64,000 bases of DNA from Eledone cirrhosa (Eukaryota). Both the position numbers and the translations under genes were made by a program. The stretch is taken from NCBI GenBank assembly GCA_964016885.1, contig OZ024743.1, positions 11,594,001-11,658,000 on the forward strand, given 5' to 3'. Below, piece by piece: positions 55,001-64,000 of the stretch; position 1 is the stretch's first letter; each line of letters starts with the position of its first letter. The notes under the pieces are model-generated. The model did not search any database and was not told where the DNA came from. It was given only the letters and a program-made list of their open reading frames with translations.

Positions 55001-58000
55001 AATAAAAAGCACCCAGTTTACCCTGTCATATAGTCGTTTGGTGCCACAATAAAAAGTACCCAGTTTACCCTGTCATATGGTCGTTTGGTGCCACAATAAA
55101 AAGTACCCAGTTTACCCTGTCATACAGTCGTTTGGTGCCACAATATAAAGTACCCAGTTTACCCTGTCATATGGTCGTTTGGTGCCACAATAAAAAGTGC
55201 CCAGTTTACCCTATCATATAGTCGTTTGGTGCCACAATAAAAAGTACCCAGTTTACCCTGTCATATGGTCGTTTGGTGCTACAATAAAAAGCACCCAGTT
55301 TACCCTGTCATATGGTCGTTTGGTGCCACAATAAAAAGCACCCAGTTTACCCTGTCATATAGTCGTTTGGTGCCACAATAAAAAGTACCCAGTTTACCCT
55401 GTCATATGGTCGTTTGGTGCCACAATAAAAAGTACCCAGTTTACCCTGTCATATAGTCGTTTGGTGCCACAATATAAAGTACCCAGTTTACCCTGTCATA
55501 TGGTCGTTTGGTGCCACAATAAAAAGTGCCCAGTTTACCCTATCATATAGTCGTTTGTTTCCACAATAAAAAGTACCCAGTTTACCCTGTCATATGGTCG
55601 TTTGGTGCTACAATAAAAAGCACCCAGTTTACCCTGTCATATGGTCGTTTGGTGCCACAATAAAAAGCACCCAGTTTACCCTGTCATATAGTCGTTTGGT
55701 GCTACAATAAAAGTACCCAGTTTACCCTGTCATATAGTCGTTTGGTGCTACAATAAATAGCACCAGGTTTACCCTGTCATATAGTCGTTTGGTGCCACAA
55801 TCAAAAGCACCCAGTTTACCCTGTCATATGGTCATTTGGTGCCACAATAAAAAGCACTCAGTTTACCCTGTCATATGGTCGTTTGGTGCCACAATCAAAA
55901 GCAGCCAGTTTACCCTGTCATATGGTCGTTTGGTGCTACAATAAAAAGTACCCAGTTTACCCTGTCATATGGTCGTTCGGTCCCACAATAAAAAGCACCC
56001 AGTTTACCCTGTCATATAGTCGTTTGGTGCCACAATAAAAAGCACCCAGTTTACCCTGTCATATAGTCGTTTGGTGCCACAATAAAAAGTACCTAGTTTA
56101 CCCTGTCATATGGTCGTTTGGTGCCACAATAAAAAGCACCCAGTTTACCCTGTCATATAGTCGTTTGGTGCCACAATAAAAAGTACCTAGTTTACCCTGT
56201 CATATGGTCGTTTGGTGCCACAATAAAAAGCACCCAGTTTACCCTGTCATATAGTCGTTTGGTGCCACAATAAAAAGTACCCAGTTTACCCTGTCATATG
56301 GTCGTTTGGTGCCACAATAAAAAGTACCCAGTTTACCCTGTCATATGGTCGTTTGGTCCCACAATAAAAAGCACCCAGTTTACCCTGTCATGTAGTCGTT
56401 TGGTGCCACAATAAAAAGCACCCAGTTTACCCTGTCATATAGTCGTTTGGTGCCACAATAAAAAGCACCCAGTTTACCCTGTCATATGGTCGTTTGGTGC
56501 CACAATAAAAAGTACCCAGTTTACCCTGTCATATAGTCGTTTGGTGCTACAATAAAAAGTACCCAGTTTACCCTGTCATATAGTCGTTTGGTGCTACAAT
56601 AAAAAGTACCCAGTTTACCCTGTCATATAGTCGTTTGGTGCGACAATAAAAAGCACCCAGTTTACCCTGTCATATGGTCGTTTGGTGCCACAATAAAAAG
56701 CACCCAGTTTACCCTGTCATATAGTCGTTTGGTGCTACAATAAAAGTACCCAGTTTACCCTGTCATATAGTCGTTTGGTGCTACAATAAATAGAACCAGG
56801 TTTACCCTGTCATATAGTCGTTTGGTGCCACAATCAAAAGCACCCAGTTTACCCTGTCATATGGTCGTTTGGTGCCACAATCAAAAGCAGCCAGTTTACC
56901 CTGTCATATGGTCGTTTGGTGCTACAATAAAAAGTACCCAGTTTACCCTGTCATATGGTCGTTCGGTCCCTCAATAAAAAGCACCCAGTTTACCCTGTCA
57001 TATAGTCGTTTGGTGCTACAATAAAAGTACCCAGTTTACCCTGTCATATAGTCGTTTGGTGCTACAATAAAAAGTACCCAGTTTACCCTGTCATATAGTC
57101 GTTTGGTGCTACAATAAAAAGTACCCAGTTTACCCTGTCATATAGTCGTTTGGTGCGACAATAAAAAGCACCCAGTTTACCCTGTCATATGGTCGTTTGG
57201 TGCTACAATAAAAAGTACCCAGTTTACCCTGTCATATGGTCGTTCGGTCCCACAATAAAAAGCACCCAGTTTACCCTGTCATATAGTCGTTTGGTGCCAC
57301 AATAAAAAGCACCCAGTTTACCCTGTCATATAGTCGTTTGGTGCCACAATAAAAAGTACCTAGTTTACCCTGTCATATGGTCGTTTGGTGCCACAATAAA
57401 AAGCACCCAGTTTACCCTGTCATATAGTCGTTTGGTGCCACAATAAAAAGTACCTAGTTTACCCTGTCATATGGTCGTTTGGTGCCACAATAAAAAGCAC
57501 CCAGTTTACCCTGTCATATAGTCGTTTGGTGCCACAATAAAAAGTACCCAGTTTACCCTGTCATATGGTCGTTTGGTGCCACAATAAAAAGTACCCAGTT
57601 TACCCTGTCATACAGTCGTTTGGTGCCACAATATAAAGTACCCAGTTTACCCTGTCATATGGTCGTTTGGTGCCACAATAAAAAGTGCCCAGTTTACCCT
57701 ATCATATAGTCGTTTGGTGCCACAATAAAAAGTACCCAGTTTACCCTGTCATATGGTCGTTTGGTGCCACAATAAAAAGCACCCAGTTTACCCTGTCATA
57801 TGGTCGTTTGGTGCCACAATAAAAAGCACCCAGTTTACCCTGTCATATAGTCGTTTGGTGCCACAATAAAAAGCACCCAGTTTACCCTGTCATATAGTCG
57901 TTTGGTGCTACAATAAAAAGTACCCAGTTTACCCTGTCATATAGTCGTTTGGTGCTACAATAAAAAGCACCCAGTTTACCCTGTCATATGGTCGTTTGGT

Positions 58001-61000
58001 GCTACAATAAAAAGCACCCAGTTTACCCTGTCATATAGTCGTTTGGTGCCACAATAAAAAGCACCCAGTTTACCCTGTCATATAGTCGTTTGGTGCTACA
58101 ATAAAAAGCACCCAGTTTCCCCTGTCATATAGTCGTTTGGTGCCACAATCAAAAGCACCCAGTTTACCCTGTCATATGGTCGTTTGGTGATACAATAAAA
58201 AGCACTCAGTTTACCCTGTCATATAGTCGTTTGGTGCCACAATCAAAAGCACCCAGTTTACCCTGTCATATGGTCGTTTGGTGCCACAATAAAAAGCACC
58301 CAGTTTACCCTGTCATATAGTCGTTTGGTGCCACAATAAAAAGTACCCAGTTTACCCTGTCATATGGTCGTTTGGTCCCACAATAAAAAGCACCCAGTTT
58401 ACCCTGTCATGTAGTCGTTTGGTGCCACAATAAAAAGCACCCAGTTTACCCTGTCATATAGTCGTTTGGTGCCACAATAAAAAGCACCCAGTTTACCCTG
58501 TCATATGGTCGTTTGGTGCCACAATAAAAAGTACCCAGTTTACCCTGTCATATAGTCGTTTGGTGCTACAATAAAAAGTACCCAGTTTACCCTGTCATAT
58601 AGTCGTTTGGTGCTACAATAAAAAGTACCCAGTTTACCCTGTCATATAGTCGTTTGGTGCGACAATAAAAAGCACCCAGTTTACCCTGTCATATGGTCGT
58701 TTGGTGCCACAATAAAAAGCACCCAGTTTACCCTGTCATATAGTCGTTTGGTGCTACAATAAAAGTACCCAGTTTACCCTGTCATATAGTCGTTTGGTGC
58801 TACAATAAATAGCACCAGGTTTACCCTGTCATATAGTAGTTTGGTGCCACAATCAAAAGCACCCAGTTTACCCTGTCATATGGTCATTTGGTGCCACAAT
58901 AAAAAGCACTCAGTTTAACCTGTCATATGGTCGTTTGGTGCCACAATCAAAAGCAGCCAGTTTACCCTGTCATATGGTCGTTTGGTGCTACAATAAAAAG
59001 TACCCAGTTTACCCTGTCATATGGTCGTTCGGTCCCACAATAAAAAGCACCCAGTTTACCCTGTCATATAGTCGTTTGGTGCCACAATAAAAAGCACCCA
59101 GTTTACCCTGTCATATAGTCGTTTGGTGCCACAATAAAAAGTACCTAGTTTACCCTGTCATATGGTCGTTTGGTGCCACAATAAAAAGCACCCAGTTTAC
59201 CCTGTCATATAGTCGTTTGGTGCCACAATAAAAAGTACCTAGTTTACCCTGTCATATGGTCGTTTGGTGCCACAATAAAAAGCACCCAGTTTACCCTGTC
59301 ATATAGTCGTTTGGTGCCACAATAAAAAGTACCCAGTTTACCCTGTCATATGGTCGTTTGGTGCCACAATAAAAAGTACCCAGTTTACCCTGTCATACAG
59401 TCGTTTGGTGCCACAATAAAAAGTACCCAGTTTACCCTGTCATATGGTCGTTTGGTGCCACAATAAAAAGTGCCCAGTTTACCCTATCATATAGTCGTTT
59501 GGTGCCACAATAAAAAGTACCCAGTTTACCCTGTCATATGGTCGTTTGGTGCTACAATAAAAAGCACCCAGTTTACCCTGTCATATGGTCGTTTGGTGCC
59601 ACAATAAAAAGCACCCAGTTTACCCTGTCATATAGTCGTTTGGTGCCACAATAAAAAGTACCCAGTTTACCCTGTCATATGGTCGTTTGGTGCCACAATA
59701 AAAAGTACCCAGTTTACCCTGTCATATAGTCGTTTGGTGCCACAATATAAAGTACCCAGTTTACCCTGTCATATGGTCGTTTGGTGCCACAATAAAAAGT
59801 GCCCAGTTTACCCTATCATATAGTCGTTTGTTGCCACAATAAAAAGTACCCAGTTTACCCTGTCATATGGTCGTTTGGTGCTACAATAAAAAGCACCCAG
59901 TTTACCCTGTCATATGGTCGTTTGGTGCCACAATAAAAAGCACCCAGTTTACCCTGTCATATAGTCGTTTGGTGCTACAATAAAAGTACCCAGTTTACCC
60001 TGTCATATAGTCGTTTGGTGCTACAATAAATAGCACCAGGTTTACCCTGTCATATAGTCGTTTGGTGCCACAATCAAAAGCACCCAGTTTACCCTGTCAT
60101 ATGGTCATTTGGTGCCACAATAAAAAGCACTCAGTTTACCCTGTCATATGGTCGTTTGGTGCCACAATCAAAAGCAGCCAGTTTACCCTGTCATATGGTC
60201 GTTTGGTGCTACAATAAAAAGTACCCAGTTTACCCTGTCATATGGTCGTTCGGTCCCACAATAAAAAGCACCCAGTTTACCCTGTCATATAGTCGTTTGG
60301 TGCCACAATAAAAAGCACCCAGTTTACCCTGTCATATAGTCGTTTGGTGCCACAATAAAAAGTACCTAGTTTACCCTGTCATATGGTCGTTTGGTGCCAC
60401 AATAAAAAGCACCCAGTTTACCCTGTCATATAGTCGTTTGGTGCCACAATAAAAAGTACCTAGTTTACCCTGTCATATGGTCGTTTGGTGCCACAATAAA
60501 AAGCACCCAGTTTACCCTGTCATATAGTCGTTTGGTGCCACAATAAAAAGTACCCAGTTTACCCTGTCATATGGTCGTTTGGTGCCACAATAAAAAGTAC
60601 CCAGTTTACCCTGTCATATAGTCGTTTGGTGCCACAATATAAAGTACCCAGTTTACCCTGTCATATGGTCGTTTGGTACCACAATAAAAAGTGCCCAGTT
60701 TACCCTATCATATAGTCGTTTGGTGCCACAATAAAAAGTACCCAGTTTACCCTGTCATATGGTCGTTTGGTGCTACAATAAAAAGCACCCAGTTTACCCT
60801 GTCATATGGTCGTTTGGTGCCACAATAAAAAGCACCCAGTTTACCCTGTCATATAGTCGTTTGGTGCCACAATAAAAAGTACCCAATTTACCCTGTCATA
60901 TGGTCGTTTGGTGCCACAATAAAAAGTACCCAGTTTACCCTGTCATATAGTCGTTTGGTGCCACAATATAAAGTACCCAGTTTACCCTGTCATATGGTCG

Positions 61001-61590
61001 TTTGTTGCCACACTAAAAAGTGCCCAGTTTACCCTATCATATAGTCGTTTGGTGCCACAATAAAAAGTACCCAGTTTACCCTGTCATATGGTCGTTTGGT
61101 GCTACAATAAAAAGCACCCAGTTTACCCTGTCATATGGTCGTTTGGTGCCACAATAAAAAGCACCCAGTTTACCCTGTCATATAGTCGTTTGGTGCCACA
61201 ATAAAAAGCACCCAGTTTACCCTGTCATATGGTCGTTTGGTGCCACAATAAAAAGCACCCAGTTTACCCTGTCATATAGTCGTTTGGTGCCACAATAAAA
61301 AGCACCCAGTTTACCCTGTCATATGGTCGTTTGGTGCCACAATAAAAAGTACCCAGTTTACCCTGTCATATAGTCGTTTGGTGCCACAATAAAAAGTACC
61401 CAGTTTACCCTGTCATATAGTCGTTTGGTGCCACAATAAAAAGTACCCAGTTTACCCTATCATATAGTCGTTTGGTGCCACAATAAAAAGTGCCCAGTTT
61501 ACCCTATCATATAGTCGTTTGGTTCCACAATAAAAAGTACCCAGTTTACCCTATCATATAGTCGTTTGGTGCTACAATAAAAAGCACCCA
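4065..61590 (+). repeat. 47-bp satellite/macro-minisatellite tandem array, ~1,225 copies, ~57.5 kb, single orientation
   Basis: Consensus GTCGTTTGGTGCCACAATAAAAAGCACCCAGTTTACCCTGTCATAT(A/G) repeated head-to-tail. Most units are within 0-3 substitutions or indels of consensus. I saw no spacers, inversions or insertions. Copy number is length divided by 47. Confidence 0.99.
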
Positions 61591-62216
61591 ATTTATTTAT
61601 TCAAAAGCAAAAAACAAACCTTATTTAGTAAGAAAAAATATAAAAGAGAGGAAACAAAAGGAAAGAAAGAATAGGGGAAAAAAAGAGAGAAAGAAAGAAG
61701 AGAAAGAACGGGAAAGGGAAGGGATTGCAAGAGCTCTGGTGTCACAGAAGAGAGCGGGTGGGGTGAAAGGGGAGGGTGATTGGGCTTTGGCCTAGGGCAA
61801 GGGGTCAGGAGTGCTGCACTCCGCGGGCAAGACGGCAAAAGCATTCCTCTGGACAATGGCCAGTAACACCCGCTGCAACAGCCACCCAGCCTCAAGGGAC
61901 TCCCACCTCAGACGGGCCGCCGACGCTCCGATCTTGCGGAGGAGCTCGGCAGTACGGGGTCCAATTACACCTGAGGTCTCGACGGCGGCCGGACAAACCC
62001 CGGTATTTGTTTAATTTACGTTCTAATGCGAGGCGGGCCGCGATGCTCGGGTTTGTGGCCAAAGCGATTAAGCTGGAGGCGGAGAACATGTCGCAGCAGG
62101 TGGCGTCCCGGATGAGGGATCTACCTCCTTCGAATGGGAAGAGGGTGATTCCGTTGGGGCGCTTGCTATCTCCGTGGTCTAGGCCTGCTGGCTCCAGTTG
62201 AGATGGAAAGCCATCT
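61591..62216 (-). mobile_element. 5'-truncated CRE-like non-LTR retrotransposon (RLE endonuclease C-terminus, pyrimidine-rich 3' UTR, (TAAA)n tail)
   Basis: GC-rich coding remnant (next feature), then a ~200-nt 3' UTR that is pyrimidine-rich on the element strand and ends GAATAAATAAAT directly against the satellite. Confidence 0.75.
61792..62212 (-). pseudogene. restriction-like (PD-(D/E)xK-type) endonuclease domain of a CRE-clade retrotransposon ORF, frameshifted
   Basis: Manual translation: GFPSQLEPAGLDHGDSKRPNGITLFPFEGGRSLIRDATCCDMFSASSLIALATNPSIAARLALERKLNKYRGLSGR / AVETSGVIGPRTAELLRKIGASAARLRWESLEAGWLLQRVLLAIVQRNAFAVLPAECSTPDPLP*. This matches the EPxGL..KRPDG..WDAT..ERKxxKY..AVETxG..QRxSxAxxRGNA pattern, with RPD changed to RPN and a deletion/frameshift near 61984. 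Confidence 0.8.
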
Positions 62217-62959
62217 TCTGCCCTTAATAAAAGGTACTAAGCTTTTTTTCACCCTTCGTAAGCAGTGGGATATCACTACGGCACCCCAACGATTCCATCA
62301 GGTGTTACGAGTTCATACAAGCTGTGAAATAACGCAGATAACCATCATCTCAATAGTTGTCGTGTTTTTATTAGTAAGAGAGAAATAAATATAGTAATGA
62401 ATTCAAATAATTTAAAACTTAAGACATGAAGTGGTGAGTATTTGGCAGTTAAAAATCCTGGGAGGACTGGGTTAATGCTCTGGTCTGTGGTCAACATTGG
62501 ACTATTCTGTCTGGATGAGCTCCGTATTTCTATTGCACTCAGAATAGGAACCTAAAATGTCGCTGTGGTAGGCCCTTTCTACCAAAACATCTATTTATGC
62601 TTCAATTTATGTAAATGTTATGTTTATCGAAGTTTTTATATCTTGGTTGATATTTGATAATAACAGCTAAACTAATCACTACAACTAAATTGACCAAATT
62701 TGGTCCCCCTCCCCCCACCAATTCAGAAATACTTCCACTGCCCCTGCACTTCGCTGGCAATACTGAGCTAAACTTAATTACTAAGCGGGACCTGGCCCGG
62801 GTAACTATCCTTTTAATTCTGGAACAGGCTACTTGACAGGAAGAGACCAGATGGTCATATCTTTTGTCTCTGGGTAATAAGTAGATATTTTGTTTTGGAC
62901 ACCACAGTTAGTGACTCTTTTGCTCCTTACCATATCCTGGATGATGTAGTAAAAGTGAG

Positions 62960-63350
62960 GGTTACGGCTTTCGTAACCGAATAGAATAACATCTTAAAAT
63001 ACCGGAAATTATCGATAAACTATCTCTTCCAGCCTGTGGCGTTCGAGACGTTTGCAGGAGCTGTTGACAACATCGTTGGCGGCTCGCCTTACCGAAGTAT
63101 GAGGTGATGCTCGAGGGAGTGTTGGTTCTTTTTAGCGCCTTGCCCACGGTAATGCTGCGAATGTGTTGGCTTATTTCAAAAGTTATTAGAGGGAGCCTCC
63201 GGTACCCCTTGTAGTGTGTGACCGATTGGCACAGTGTCGAATTAATATTTTCTTTCGTTTTGATTTTGTATTTTAAGTAAAATATTTATGTAAATAAGTA
63301 TTGTATATAGTATTTGTGTGTTTATTATCATAAGAAATTAAAAATAAACT
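62960..63350 (+). mobile_element. second, more decayed CRE-like retrotransposon 3' fragment
   Basis: Manual translation from 62997: KYRKLSINYLFQPVAFETF / LAARLTEV*GDAR../ECWFF/*RLAHGNAANVLAYFKSY* (stop 63187-63189). These are the same KY..FxPVAxET..GD.RE..QRL..GNA motifs, followed by an AT-rich 3' region. The end is approximate. Confidence 0.65.
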
Positions 63351-63394
63351 CATGTTATTTATACAACAACGAATAAACAATTCGCAAGAATTTA

Positions 63395-63455
63395 AAATGA
63401 AGTTGGCATTGGGCGGATTTGAACTCAGAATGTAGAGAGAAGTAAATAATACTTC
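63395..63455 (-). mobile_element. SINE fragment (B-box region)
   Basis: ggcggatttgaactcagaatgtag matches ggcgggatttgaactcagagcgta of the copy at 2213-2420. Confidence 0.55.
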
Positions 63456-64000
63456 ACGATGTCGACCTTATTTCTACACCTACGCATTGAACAGCAACAA
63501 ACACTAAAATAAATATATAAATATAAAATAGATATTTTTTTTATATATTTTTTTATTTTACACTTCAAAGTATTTCGTAACCCGACCCCCACCGCCACCC
63601 CGAGTCCGACCAGATCAGTAGTCATTGAGAAAACTCATACTGATGTAACACAAATAGATACGATCATTCCAACAAATTATTCAGCCCTCCTCCTTTTAGG
63701 AAACATTGGTCATTGCAAGTGTTACGTGTCCAAAAACGAAATGACATTGTATCTTTACTTTAGTATGCTTCATTTCCTTTGTTATGGTGGTGAAATATAC
63801 AAGTATGCAATATATGTATTTTATATTGTGTAGACTCTTGTTTTATACACATGTTATACTTTAGTACACTCCATCGTATTATACATACTTATAGACGTCT
63901 CTATTTTCTCTGTTCTCAGATGGTTTGCTTTGATCACTTGCTAAGTATCCACCATGTCTTCTCAGAAACCACTGAAATCGGGAAGTCCAATTTTTTTTAT

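Noticed and set aside
4065-61590. CRISPR array
   Set aside because: Units are contiguous with no unique spacers, there are no cas genes, and the context is eukaryotic.
4065-61590. Hammerhead-ribozyme (retrozyme), spliced-leader, snRNA or tRNA gene array
   Set aside because: The consensus has no CTGANGA/GAAA core, no Sm site, no Pol III A/B boxes and no cloverleaf on either strand, and the unit is too short.
4065-61590. Telomeric repeat or proven centromere
   Set aside because: There is no TTAGGG-type repeat. 3x47=141 and 4x47=188 are near nucleosomal lengths, but no trimer or tetramer periodicity of variants is evident and function cannot be read from sequence.
62213-62245. Target-site duplication for the CRE-like element
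   Set aside because: No exact direct repeat of the sequence left of 61591 is found at the 5' junction, only a loose monomer-like similarity.
61593-62388. ORFs 61776-62201(+), 61811-62014(+), 61593-61895(-) and 62203-62388(+) as genes
   Set aside because: The first three are antisense or off-frame readings of the GC-rich retrotransposon remnant and its low-complexity UTR. The last lies mostly in flanking DNA and has no recognisable motif.
62700-62800. Possible MITE/transposon terminus (..acttccactgcccctg)
   Set aside because: No partner inverted repeat or TSD was found in the window.

Overview
This is AT-rich eukaryotic (metazoan) genomic DNA. The SINE and dispersed-repeat content resembles octopus/cephalopod genomes, which is an inference from recalled repeat families. 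About 90% of the window (4065-61590) is one uninterrupted head-to-tail array of a 47-bp satellite, roughly 1,225 copies, consensus GTCGTTTGGTGCCACAATAAAAAGCACCCAGTTTACCCTGTCATAT(A/G). The array contains nested kb-scale duplications (5590, 2629, 3428, 6295 and 1221 bp offsets) and two variant domains. Its left edge fades into degenerate proto-monomers. Its right edge is cut sharply by the 3' tail of a 5'-truncated CRE-like non-LTR retrotransposon with a restriction-like endonuclease (RLE) domain, and a second, divergently oriented CRE-like fragment lies about 750 bp further on. The left flank holds a CpG/TF-motif-rich promoter-like patch, a decayed Chapaev-like DNA transposase, tRNA-derived SINEs and an RTE LINE fragment nested in another repeat. 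No intact protein-coding gene is supported; ORFs inside the array are translation artefacts.
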